Part shown: positions 40,563 through 50,442 of the stretch, piece after piece | Layout: each line of letters opens with the position of its first letter | How positions within the stretch are numbered: the first letter of the stretch is position 1 | NCBI GenBank assembly: GCA_963674945.2 | Contig: CAXXWQ010000003.1 | Span: 1,920,001-1,984,000, forward strand | Length of the DNA stretch: 64,000 bases | Origin: an uncultured Desulfosarcina sp. | GTDB lineage: Bacteria > Desulfobacterota > Desulfobacteria > Desulfobacterales > Desulfosarcinaceae | Direction: 5' to 3' | Notes under the pieces: model-generated | The model's database searches: none | Told to the model about the DNA's origin: nothing | What the model saw: the letters and a program-made list of their open reading frames with translations, nothing else | Position numbers and translations under genes: made by a program

Positions 40563-43190
40563 CTATCGGCGCACGGCACGAACGGAGCCACAGCTCTCCA
40601 CACTTTGGGACATTCTCGTGAAAACGGTTTCCGGCACGGATGTTACCACATCCACCACCTGGTGGAATCCGCGGGCAAAAGAGTCGGAGGTCCAGTACCA
40701 TTTTGCACCGGACCCCGGGAAAAAGGGCCTGTTCTTGTAGATGGTCGCCAGTTCACCGGCGGTGGGCAAGGACCAGTCCGCGTGTCCCCCGGTGTTCAGA
40801 CTTTGGACATAGGTGTTGGCAACGTCATAGGGGATACACCGTCCCAGCACCAGATAGGAATCGAGAATACACCAGGTCAATCCGGTGAGTCGATCGGTAA
40901 CCGTACCATCCCCATTATCGACGAAGCGGCTCGACAGCGGCTTGATCTGTTTGGACACTTGCTTTTGCAGGGATAAAATCCGCTGGTTTTCCCTTTCCCG
41001 ATGCTCCCGTTCGGCTTGCTGCTGCGCCAGCTCATTGCGCCGCGCGGCTTCTTCCCGTTGGGTACGGATGGCATCTTGCAGTTCCGACTCGAGCCGATCT
41101 CGCAGATTGGTGGCGGACAATGCATAGGGACCGCCGCCATGGTTCCGGATGTATTCATCCAGACGCCTGACGCGCAGGACAATATCCTTGGCGGGATCGG
41201 ATGCATAGGCCTTTGTCTCTTTCCATCGTTGATTCTGGGCCAGATCGGCATTCAATCGATCGATGCGCTGGCCAATCGCCTCCCTTTGGGTGGTATCCGG
41301 TCGCCTTGCAAGATAATCGGAATAGATACCCCTGGCACGGACTAAGTCGTCTCCGGCGAGAATCACCTTCTCCGTGAGTTCCGCCAAATCCTTTTTATCC
41401 TGCAGCTGGGCACGCAACCCCTTGATCTTGTCCATGAGATCGCCATTGGAGAGGTCCCCATTGGAAAAGGCGGCCAGAAATCGATCACAATATTCGATGC
41501 AGGGTTCCCATTTTTTGCTGAGATCACAATTTGAAATTTTCTTTTCTATTGTGCCGAGGTACTCTTTGGCAAGGTCCTGGACCATCCGTTCCACCACCTG
41601 CCGCTCCTCACCCTGGGGAAACTGCTCGAGATAGGATTGGTAGGCGGCATACCGGGACAGAAAATCGGTGGCGGCGAGTTTTTTCAGGCTCTCGAAATAG
41701 GCCGTTCCCAACAACAGGCCGATTCCCTGGATGGATTCGTCGATTTGTTTTTTGTAGGTGCTTTCGGGATATTTGGTGAGAAAAGCCGTATAGAGGGAAA
41801 GGGCCTTCTTCTCAAACTTATCATCGATGGGCAGTCTGCTTACATCGGCAAGGGTTCTTTCATAATCTTGTTTTTCGATCTCCACATTGACATCCGCCAG
41901 TCGACGTTCCAGCTCCGCTCGATGGGAATCTTCAGGATGCGCCTTGATATACCGCATCATCAATACGATCTGTTCATCCAGGGCTTCACTGGCTGCGATC
42001 CGCTCCTCCAGCGTTTCGTACCGGAGTCTTGCCTCTCTGATTTTCATCAGTTTGCCACCGACTGCGACCGCGATGGCAAGAACGATCACCGCTGCCAGCG
42101 CAATGAGCAGTTTTGTTTGCCTGCTCATCTGTTTCTGTTTTTCCATGGATTGGTCCACGGGGAGCCCCACCGGTTCGGCAATCTCCGGCTCGGGTAAAGT
42201 GACGGCGGACTGCGGTTCCATGGGCGCCTGGGCAGACGGCGCGCGTGATTCCATGGCAAGTGCGTCGACAGAAAAATCGTTTATCTCCTGCCGCAAGGTT
42301 TCGGAAGACTCCTGGTCAATGGCAGGCGGTGGGGACGAGGACGTTGCGGGAGAGACCCGTGCAGGTGGCGGTATACTGGCACCTTCCTCGTCTTTGATCT
42401 TCAGGCTCTCCATCATCACGTGCATGAGGGGCTCGTGAATTTCTCTGACCCGCTCGGGATCGGCCGCTTCGATCTGAATCGCCGCGTTGTCCCAGCTGAT
42501 GATCCGGTAGGCAGCCTCATTGCCCGTCACGTCACCGTACTGGGCCGCAATCAGTTCGCCACCCTTGATATACAAGAGACCGGATCGACGCTGACTGCTC
42601 ACCTTCAGTGTATATGTCGCCTCTTCCATCTCCGACATCTGAAGAAAAGAGGGTAGGCTGATGCCATGAATCTGTCCGCCGATTCCGGGAACCGCCTCCA
42701 TCTTTTTCTGGCTCAGAAACTTTTTCACCAGCGCATCCAGTTGGCTGTAATCTTCTTTGCTCATGTTGGATGAGCAATACCCCAACAGGATTTCGACCTT
42801 ATCCGTCTCCCGTTCCCAAGGCCAGAGGGCACCGTAGAAGGAGCCGGTTTTCATTTTTTTCAGAAAGAGAGCCTGGTCCTTGCGAATGCCGCCGATAAAC
42901 TTCACGGTGGGTTCGAAGCGCATGGAGACCCGCAGGTTTTTACCGGATGCCTTGGCTGGCGGTCCGAAGTAATCGGCCATGATCCCAGTCAGCTCCTCCA
43001 TGGAGTACCCTGGTGCGGTCACCTGATACATGCTTCTTGGCCGCTCGTAGAAACGGGAGGCCACCCCCGGCAGATCGTCCACCCCTTTTACCAGGGTCAG
43101 GAATCCGATCAAGGCGGCTTCGTTTTTCACCAGGTCCCGGATTTCTTTGCTGTCACCGGTCAACAATTCTCGGATCAGCGCTGAAACCAT
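40563..43190 (-). CDS. Membrane protein with DUF4388 domain, helical repeats and C-terminal Lcl (DUF1566) domain
   Basis: GISLPSFLQM..GELIAA (DUF4388); TM helix; RFVDNGDGTVTD..TGLTW..WSLPT..YWTS..VRAVR (DUF1566). Confidence 0.85.
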   Translation of the reverse strand: MVSALIRELLTGDSKEIRDLVKNEAALIGFLTLVKGVDDLPGVASRFYERPRSMYQVTAPGYSMEELTGIMADYFGPPAKASGKNLRVSMRFEPTVKFIGGIRKDQALFLKKMKTGSFYGALWPWERETDKVEILLGYCSSNMSKEDYSQLDALVKKFLSQKKMEAVPGIGGQIHGISLPSFLQMSEMEEATYTLKVSSQRRSGLLYIKGGELIAAQYGDVTGNEAAYRIISWDNAAIQIEAADPERVREIHEPLMHVMMESLKIKDEEGASIPPPARVSPATSSSPPPAIDQESSETLRQEINDFSVDALAMESRAPSAQAPMEPQSAVTLPEPEIAEPVGLPVDQSMEKQKQMSRQTKLLIALAAVIVLAIAVAVGGKLMKIREARLRYETLEERIAASEALDEQIVLMMRYIKAHPEDSHRAELERRLADVNVEIEKQDYERTLADVSRLPIDDKFEKKALSLYTAFLTKYPESTYKKQIDESIQGIGLLLGTAYFESLKKLAATDFLSRYAAYQSYLEQFPQGEERQVVERMVQDLAKEYLGTIEKKISNCDLSKKWEPCIEYCDRFLAAFSNGDLSNGDLMDKIKGLRAQLQDKKDLAELTEKVILAGDDLVRARGIYSDYLARRPDTTQREAIGQRIDRLNADLAQNQRWKETKAYASDPAKDIVLRVRRLDEYIRNHGGGPYALSATNLRDRLESELQDAIRTQREEAARRNELAQQQAEREHRERENQRILSLQKQVSKQIKPLSSRFVDNGDGTVTDRLTGLTWCILDSYLVLGRCIPYDVANTYVQSLNTGGHADWSLPTAGELATIYKNRPFFPGSGAKWYWTSDSFARGFHQVVDVVTSVPETVFTRMSQSVESCGSVRAVRR

Positions 43191-43452
43191 TGATTACCAT
43201 ATCCTCTTGTTGTCTATCGGAATTGACTTCATCCCGATTTTCAATTTTTTCCAATAATCTATAGCAGATGGCAATAGTTCTTGTCAAAATCCGATCTCGT
43301 TCAACAAGCCTTCCCGCCATCAACGCACAATTAGATACAATATCGCCCATTTCCCTGCATCCCTTAAACGAAATGGGTGCCCCCCATGATATTTCCCACA
43401 CCGTGGTACGTTTCATTGACAGCCACAACCGCTTTTTGAGTGAAAATCGCTA

Positions 43453-43730
43453 TCCGGTGGGTACATCGGTCACGGCTGCGGCGGGGCATCCAACATATGG
43501 CCCTTTTGCCCGATGGAGAAGTACACGCCTGCAGAAAATTTCCATCGTTGATGGAAAAGCGTGCATGACAATTCCCTCTATGACATCTGCCAGAGTGATT
43601 TGGCCAACGATACCGTGCCGGTCGGCTCGGTTTTCGCGAAGCGTCTCTTCGAAGCCGTATGTTGGAGGTGTATGGCTTTCGTCCAGAGCAAGGGCCTGAA
43701 TCCTTTTTCGGACAAGGACCCTTTCTGATT
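43453..43730 (+). pseudogene. Frameshifted 3' fragment of a radical SAM/SPASM maturase (SbtM-like)
   Basis: Pieces in shifting frames: GGYIGHGCGG.SN, PDGEVHACRKFPS, SLYDI..SD.A.RYRAG, VC..CMA...GLNPF.DKDPF. Confidence 0.6.
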
Positions 43731-43831
43731 CGCCCAATCGGCAACGACGCTAGGGCGATGACGAGATCTTCCTTGATGACGATAAACTTCACAGGGTCTG
43801 TGCCTATTAATGTATTCCCTTTTTTATTTTC

Positions 43832-43955
43832 TTACGGCAGTTCGGGCATCGGCAGATAACTGCGATCAACAATCTTCTCAATGGGGACCTTCTTTGCCAA
43901 CTTTCCGATATTGATCATGATTTCCTGTTGTTTGTAAATCTGCCCTTCCGGTTCC
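43832..43955 (-). pseudogene. C-terminal fragment of an ABC substrate-binding-like protein, truncated next to the IS remnant
   Basis: [36 protein letters not shown] with no N-terminal part. Confidence 0.4.
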
Positions 43956-43984
43956 CTTCCATCTGCGGAGCAACTTCGCTTAGA

Positions 43985-44560
43985 ATGCATCAGTTCCACC
44001 GGGTAAGCCCGCGATTACGTAACGGTAAGGTCGCCGGTGAAAAAGAAACAATCTCGCGGCGCCTGTATGTGCATGTTTACTATTCTCCGGACAACGAAAC
44101 CAAAAAAGAATTCACCTTCCATAAGGACTTGCTTGAACTGAAAGCGCAAATTGAGGAAGGAAAAACCGAGTTCACGAAGTCAGCGCAAAAGAAAACAGAC
44201 AAGTACTTGACCTGTTCAAGAAAGGGGTGCGGGGGACAGCTGAAAGTGGGATTCAACGATAAATCCATTACTGAAGCGAAGAAGTACTTCGGCTATTTCG
44301 CCCTCGTCAGCAATCAGACGATGGAAACATTTACCGCACTTGAAAACTATCGGATGCGAGAAAAAATCGAAGAACTTTTTACCGTGCAAAAGGGGAGGTT
44401 CGCCGGTGCGCGACCGCGCACATGGTACCCATACAATCTGCGCGGAAGGCAATTTGTACAATTTATCTTGCTGGACCATCAGTGTTTCCTGACGAAAAGA
44501 ATAAAGCACGTGCAAGCCAAGCCCAAGAAGAGAGAACCCAAAAAACTAAATCACTTATCA
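43985..44560 (+). mobile_element. Transposase fragment (IS1634/IS4-like, C-terminal part)
   Basis: [26 protein letters not shown] (Y..R..IE..F DDE signature), [11 protein letters not shown]-terminus missing. Confidence 0.75.
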
Positions 44561-44604
44561 ATGTGGATGACGCCGATCGGGAAAGAAATTACACCGGTCC
44601 GGTC

Positions 44605-45417
44605 CTATACCTTAAATCGTCCCACCATTTCATTTAACTGTTCCGCAAGTTTTGAAAGCTCTTCGGCACTCAGGCGAACCTGTGAACTGCTATTGGCCAT
44701 TTCGCCGGCGGCGTGGTTTACCTCGCTGATTGACTGTGTGATTTCACCGGCCACGCTTGAACTCTGGGCCACATTTTCATTGACTTCGGATAACCCATTG
44801 GAGACCTGGAAGATGTTTTCGGCGATTTCCTTGGTAGAGGCGGATTGTTCCTCCACTGCGGTGGCGATGGTGGCAACGATTTGGTTGACGTCGTCGATTA
44901 CCTTGCCGATCTGCTCGATCGCATCGATGGTACAACCGGTGGAGTTCTGGATACCGTCGATTTGCTGTTTGATGTCCAGGGTAGCTTCGGCCGTCTGCTT
45001 GGCCAGGTCCTTGATTTCGTTGGCCACCACAGCGAATCCTTTGCCGGCTTCTCCGGCCCGGGCCGCCTCAATGGTCGCATTGAGAGCCAGCAAGTTGGTC
45101 TGTTCCGAAATCTCGGTGATGGTCTCCGTTACCTTTCCGATGTTTTGGGCAGCCTTGCCCAGGGTCGCCATCTGTTCTCCGGCGTCCGTGGTTTGGGTAA
45201 CCGCCTGATCAGAAATGGACCTGGCTTTTTCTGCATTCTTAGCGATTTCATCGATGGTGGCAGTCATCTCTTCCGCAGCCGAAGCGACCATGCCGGTATT
45301 GGTATTGGATTGCTCCATGGCGGCAGAAACCGAGGTCATATTAGCACTCATCTCCTCTGCTGCCCCAGCGACGGTGTCGGACTTTCCCGATGTCTGCTCG
45401 GCGCTGGCCGACATTTG
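44605..45417 (-). pseudogene. Methyl-accepting chemotaxis protein, signalling domain only, cut by the prophage
   Basis: [32 protein letters not shown]; the frame begins at the phage end; no sensor, TM or HAMP region. Confidence 0.88.
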
Positions 45418-45465
45418 TGTAACGCGGCACCTGGTTTGAAACCATTTTGCACCTGGTTTGAAACC
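45418..45465. repeat. Prophage end with putative transposase-binding sites
   Basis: TGTAAC start; GCACCTGGTTTGAAACC at 45427-45443 and 45449-45465 (22-bp period). Confidence 0.8.
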
Positions 45466-45489
45466 GCGTAAATTGCCCTTAAATCCCCT

Positions 45490-46248
45490 TTAAAAATTCG
45501 TAATCAGCAACTCATTCCCAACCGTCTGCTTGCCAGTCGAAACTGTATATTTAAGCGAAACGGGTTTGATCTCGAATGCTTTAAATACCTTCCTTATATC
45601 GGGATGGTCGTTGATACTGAGTAAGAATTTTCCATTAATGCCGGCCAAAACATCGGCCATCTGTTCATAGTCAGATATCGTCATGTTGTGTTTGTAAACC
45701 GGGCTCTTATAATAAGGTGGATCACAATAAAACAAGGTCCCAGCCCGATCGTATTTCGAAATAAAATCATCCCAGGACAGATGCTCAATCGTAACACCAA
45801 TAAGCCGCAGATGGACGGAAGAGAGTTCCTCCTCCATCCGGACCAGGTTGATTCTCGGTTGGCTCATCGGTGCTGTTCCATAAACCCTGCCTCTTACCCT
45901 CCCTCCAAAACATAGCCGCTGCAGATAGTAATATCTGGCCGCGCGTTGGATATCCGTAAGCCCTCCAGCATCCTGTTGCCGCTTCCAGTCCTCGAACCAC
46001 TCCCTGGATGCCAATAGCCACTTGAACTGCTTTAAAAATTCCTCCAGATGATTCTGCAGCACCCTGTAGAATGCGACCAGATCGCCATCCAGGTCATTGA
46101 TCACCTCGTATTTGGATTGCTCCTTCCTGAAAAACACCCATGCAGCACCGGCGAACACTTCGCAATAGGATCTATGCTTGGGCATCATTTCAATGATGGT
46201 ATTTGAGAGTTTCGATTTTCCGCCGATATAAGCCAATGGACTGTTCAC
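45490..46248 (-). CDS. DNA adenine methyltransferase (Dam/D12 class) in the position of Mu mom
   Basis: SPLAYIGGKSKL, EVFAG, INDLD and DPPY motifs; GTG start after GGAG. Confidence 0.92.
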   Translation of the reverse strand: MNSPLAYIGGKSKLSNTIIEMMPKHRSYCEVFAGAAWVFFRKEQSKYEVINDLDGDLVAFYRVLQNHLEEFLKQFKWLLASREWFEDWKRQQDAGGLTDIQRAARYYYLQRLCFGGRVRGRVYGTAPMSQPRINLVRMEEELSSVHLRLIGVTIEHLSWDDFISKYDRAGTLFYCDPPYYKSPVYKHNMTISDYEQMADVLAGINGKFLLSINDHPDIRKVFKAFEIKPVSLKYTVSTGKQTVGNELLITNF

Positions 46249-46367
46249 GGTAATCTCCAAACGTATTTTGGCCACAAGGGCCGTCTGTTTTCAGATGTTT
46301 GGTTGTCCACTGGCAGCCATTCGCCCTGGGGATGTCGCCACATCCACCAGGGCGGCCCTTTTCGTTT

Positions 46368-49300
46368 CTACGGTGTTGCGTTGGTAACCGTCTTGAACCC
46401 GGTCACGATCATATCGTCACCGTCTGTGGCATCGACGATCGTCCCCCTGGCCGGGTAATTGATATGCACCGTCTGGCCGTTGGTCGCGGCCGTGGCTGCG
46501 GTAAATGTCCTCGTCGCGCCGGAGCCGCTGGGAGAAGACAGATTGATCGGCGTATCGATATCCCAATCGTAGTAAAGGAAAAGATCGCCGGTGTTATATG
46601 ATGTCGTGTCGACCGATTGGGACCACGTGACCGATACGCTCGATCCATTGATCGAAACCGCTGTGATATAAGGCCAGTCAACGCCGAAAGAGGCATTGTT
46701 CGTTGCTGCCCATCCTTCGACTATCCCGCCGCCGGCTGAATTGTCGTGCGCATAATAATTGACATTATCAACGTAGATGCGATCCGAGACGGTGTTGCTG
46801 TAAAACTCGATTTTATGCATCAACGTCACACCATAGGAATCGGAGCAATTCCCAGGGTTGTACACAAAGGCATTCAGATCATTTATGGAGTTGTTGTTAT
46901 AAAACAGCCCGTTATACGGCACACCGAATGAACAGTTACCTGTCACTGAGTAATCCGACGGGTAGCCGGTAAATGCATGTTGCATCGTCATGGAACCGGC
47001 ACCGAGAGTAGTATTACCCTCGAACATCACCCTGTAAGCTGAACCGAACACAAGCGGGCAGGAATTCCACGTATGGGTAATCGTGTTAAACCCGAAATAT
47101 AAATTTATCGCCGGGGCGCAGATTGCTACCTCGTCGCCCGCCGATGCGGCCGAAACATTTTCAGTAAAAGTAAAATCGTCATATGCATGGGCCTGGATCT
47201 CATATGTTTCACCGATCAGCGACCCGGTCAGAAACACCATGTAGTAACCAGAAAAATCAGTCGATGTGCTATCCCAATTTGCATGGGCTAATTCTATTGT
47301 GTTTGTACCAACTGCAGAGATCACATCCCGGTCAAAGGTCGTAACGTCTGGCGTGCTGTTATAGACAGCATCATAGGATGCCCCCTCTTCCCTCGGGTAT
47401 GTGATCGTATTGCAGACAACGATATTATTTTCGAGCACGGAACCGTTGCCGGTGATCCCACCGCCGCCAACTGTGGCCCCGGATTTCAGGATCAGACCGA
47501 CGAAACCGCCGTCAATCGTGTTTCGCACGATCCGGTTGTTTTTCCCGGCCCGTATTTCAATGTTATGGCCGACTCCGGACGTATTGTCCGAATCGATATT
47601 GTTGTAGTAAATGAGCGCATCGTTCGCGTATGGCAGATATATGCTGCCAAGCGTCGATCGATGTAATTCGCATCGTCGGACCTCTATCCCGTCCACCGGG
47701 ACCGCGTTGGTGCTTTGGATCGCCCTTGTATAGTTGGCGGCCCATCGCAAATCCTGTATGCGGATATGGTCGTTCCCGCCGATATTGAGCAACGTTGCCC
47801 CCATGTATGCGGAGGATGAGCAGGTCGACACAACCGGTTCGCACGTTCCGCCCGACCAACCGTCAAGGGTTACCGGGTTTCCGCTCGTACCGTATATGTT
47901 CACATCGAGGCTGTCCTCGGTGATAGTTCCTGTAAAATAAAAGATATCTCCGCTGTAATCACCTGTCAGGGCTTCAAATTGTGCGGTCGAATATGGAGAG
48001 CTTTCAGATCCGTCTCCATCCAACCCATCAGCAACATAATATGTATTCGCTGAAGCGCTTGTTCCCACCGATACGGTCCATCCCAATGTGGTTGTAAGGG
48101 CGGTGTAGGCTGCATCCGATGAGGATGTCCGGTTCGCGTTCCCGGTCAGATTGATGTTGCCGCCGGTGGCGCCATGGGCGGCAAGGTCGATCAGGATATT
48201 GTCCACCTCCGTTGCATCCAAACCGAGATTGTCGAACGTGAGGATTGCCCCGTTTCCGGTGTTGAACGGCCACGAACCGCCGGTATAGTCGTCAATACCG
48301 CAGCCGGAGAGAAAGATGCTGGTTGCCAGGGACGCAGGCAGATCCGCAATGTCCCCTGTAATGGCAGTCCCTTCCAGGTTGAGCACGCTGGTCGGAGATA
48401 TAGAAAAATCAGATGCCGCCCCGGTAACGCTCGTATCTTTTAAATTTACAAATGAAACGAGACCGCTCGGTAAACCCGTCACACTGCCGCCTATGTTGGT
48501 TGAATTGATCGCCAGTCCGCCGGTAAGGCTACGCGGTAGGTCTGCCAGAGTCGAGCCGCCTGTGAATGTCACGCCGACCAATCCCAATAAATCGGTTAGA
48601 CCGGATGGAAGATCTCCGGCATCAAGTGACAGTCCGGTCTCGCCATTTGCAGCCAGGTATGTGACGGAATGCCAGTCTCCCGTTATAGTTCCACTGTACG
48701 TCGTCGCCGTCGAATAGGTGTGCTCGTAAAGGGTTTCGGTGACAGGGCCGGTCACGGTCGTACTGGTAGAATCACCCCAATCGATCTCAATTTCGCTCCC
48801 GGACGGCAGTGAAACGGTAAAACCGAGCGTAAGATCAACGGAACCATCCTGAGTAAACGCCATCTCCTGCGTTGGCTCTCCGATTGTCCAGCCCAGCACA
48901 TAGGCAAGGTTTCCATACGCCGTATCGGAATCTGTTGTCCTGCTATCGTTGCCGGTCAGATCAAGAGTCCCGCCGGTTATCGAATTTGCATCCGCATAGG
49001 TGTTCAGATCTATCAGAATATTGTTAACTTCCGTGGCATCCAGACCAAGATCTGCGAATGAAATTGTTTTCCCCGATGCCGTCTGCATCGGCCACGTCCC
49101 GGATGTATACGTGTTGACGGACGTATTGCTGATATCGACGTTTCCTGTAATGGTGGAGGGAAGGTCCGCGATGTCACCGCCAATTGCGGTATTCGATGCA
49201 AGAAAACTTCCGGCAAGCCCACTCCACAGATCTCCGATATCGCCCGTTACCTGCGTTCCCTCAATATCAAGGACAGAGACGACATGCGGCAGGGCTGCCA

Positions 49301-50435
49301 GCGATCCGCTTGCGGCGGTGTTCCTGAGATGAAGGTCGGTGATGTTCTGGGAAAGCGCCGTGGCATCCCCATAGGCCAGCGTATTGTCAAGGTTGAGAAT
49401 GCCGTTGAGTCCGGATGGCAATTCGGCCAGATTGATCGTAAGGCCGGTCTCGTTGGCCGCATGAAAATAGGTGATATCGTCCAGGTCATACCGGATCATG
49501 CCGTTATATGTATTGCTCGTGGGGTAGGTATGCGCAAAGTTCTGCGACGATACCGGGCCGTTGACGGTCGTTATATCCCCGTCACCCCAGACGATCTCCA
49601 CTGAACTTGCGGCCGGTAAAGAGAGCGTGAAATCGAGATTTGCATCTCCGATCTGCGAAAACGGCATGTAATCGTAATTGAGTTCCGGGATTCGATACGT
49701 GACCATCAGCGTATAGCTGTCGGTTTCAGGAACAGGTGTATTATCAACGTCGAAGCACAGACCTTCTCCGGTGGCGAGCGTATTCGCGCCAGTTACCGAG
49801 TAGATCCTTGTCTGCTCCGTGCCAGTGCTCGCCTCGATAACGGAATGGTTCATCGCCGTCCCGCCCCTGTCTTCCAGGGAGATCTCGGCGGTGGTCGTGC
49901 AGGTACCGGAACAGTGAACCCCGAAGGACTCGATGGTCATCGGCAGGTTGGCGATGAAAAACTCGTAATCGTCGTCTGCTGCGGCCAAATTATCTTTTCG
50001 GTATGTATATGTATTAACAACAACCTGATTTGCGATGGAATCATTAAGCGTCTCGATATCATCGGCGAGGTCGGATATCTCATCTTCATGATTCGTAACG
50101 GTGTCACTGAGCGCTTCAATCTCGTCGGAAAGCCCCGACACATCCGGAAGTTCGCTATCCCGCGCGATGGATTGCGGGATGTCGCTGTCCTCGAGCAACT
50201 CCAGGATCGATGAATACGGCACCCTGGTTATGTTCCAGGTCCCGTCCGGATTATTGATCGCCAGGGCCTCGTCGTCACGATCCGGAGATGCGTCCTGGGG
50301 GTAGCTGGTGGCCGGGGCCTCCGTGTCTTTGGACATCTCCATGTATTTATCTGAAGCTACCGGATCACTTCCCGTCGAGGCGCAGCCGGTAACCAGTGCG
50401 ATCATGAGACAAACGAGGATATAGGTCTTTTTCAT
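46368..50435 (-). CDS. Large acidic lipoprotein: coiled coil, two PKD-like plus LRR-like modules, beta-helix region, C-terminal SwmB-like Ig domain
   Basis: Lipobox LVTGC; duplicated module of about 270 aa (I.WGD..T.V.GPV..HTY; GDIADLP repeats; LGLDATEV.NILIDL..LGWT); NTYYV-type start and Asn-rich parallel beta-helix repeats. Confidence 0.7.
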   Translation of the reverse strand: MKKTYILVCLMIALVTGCASTGSDPVASDKYMEMSKDTEAPATSYPQDASPDRDDEALAINNPDGTWNITRVPYSSILELLEDSDIPQSIARDSELPDVSGLSDEIEALSDTVTNHEDEISDLADDIETLNDSIANQVVVNTYTYRKDNLAAADDDYEFFIANLPMTIESFGVHCSGTCTTTAEISLEDRGGTAMNHSVIEASTGTEQTRIYSVTGANTLATGEGLCFDVDNTPVPETDSYTLMVTYRIPELNYDYMPFSQIGDANLDFTLSLPAASSVEIVWGDGDITTVNGPVSSQNFAHTYPTSNTYNGMIRYDLDDITYFHAANETGLTINLAELPSGLNGILNLDNTLAYGDATALSQNITDLHLRNTAASGSLAALPHVVSVLDIEGTQVTGDIGDLWSGLAGSFLASNTAIGGDIADLPSTITGNVDISNTSVNTYTSGTWPMQTASGKTISFADLGLDATEVNNILIDLNTYADANSITGGTLDLTGNDSRTTDSDTAYGNLAYVLGWTIGEPTQEMAFTQDGSVDLTLGFTVSLPSGSEIEIDWGDSTSTTVTGPVTETLYEHTYSTATTYSGTITGDWHSVTYLAANGETGLSLDAGDLPSGLTDLLGLVGVTFTGGSTLADLPRSLTGGLAINSTNIGGSVTGLPSGLVSFVNLKDTSVTGAASDFSISPTSVLNLEGTAITGDIADLPASLATSIFLSGCGIDDYTGGSWPFNTGNGAILTFDNLGLDATEVDNILIDLAAHGATGGNINLTGNANRTSSSDAAYTALTTTLGWTVSVGTSASANTYYVADGLDGDGSESSPYSTAQFEALTGDYSGDIFYFTGTITEDSLDVNIYGTSGNPVTLDGWSGGTCEPVVSTCSSSAYMGATLLNIGGNDHIRIQDLRWAANYTRAIQSTNAVPVDGIEVRRCELHRSTLGSIYLPYANDALIYYNNIDSDNTSGVGHNIEIRAGKNNRIVRNTIDGGFVGLILKSGATVGGGGITGNGSVLENNIVVCNTITYPREEGASYDAVYNSTPDVTTFDRDVISAVGTNTIELAHANWDSTSTDFSGYYMVFLTGSLIGETYEIQAHAYDDFTFTENVSAASAGDEVAICAPAINLYFGFNTITHTWNSCPLVFGSAYRVMFEGNTTLGAGSMTMQHAFTGYPSDYSVTGNCSFGVPYNGLFYNNNSINDLNAFVYNPGNCSDSYGVTLMHKIEFYSNTVSDRIYVDNVNYYAHDNSAGGGIVEGWAATNNASFGVDWPYITAVSINGSSVSVTWSQSVDTTSYNTGDLFLYYDWDIDTPINLSSPSGSGATRTFTAATAATNGQTVHINYPARGTIVDATDGDDMIVTGFKTVTNATP

Positions 50436-50442
50436 TTCAACC

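Noticed and set aside
43726..43728. TGA as a selenocysteine codon
   Set aside because: The surrounding gene has multiple frameshifts and no SECIS was identified; a nonsense mutation is more likely
43928..45208. 426-aa plus-strand ORF as a single novel protein
   Set aside because: It is a chimera: a transposase fragment reading through into the antisense strand of the MCP gene
45427..45465. Direct repeats as a mini-CRISPR
   Set aside because: Only two 17-bp copies with a 5-nt gap and no cas genes; better explained as phage end binding sites
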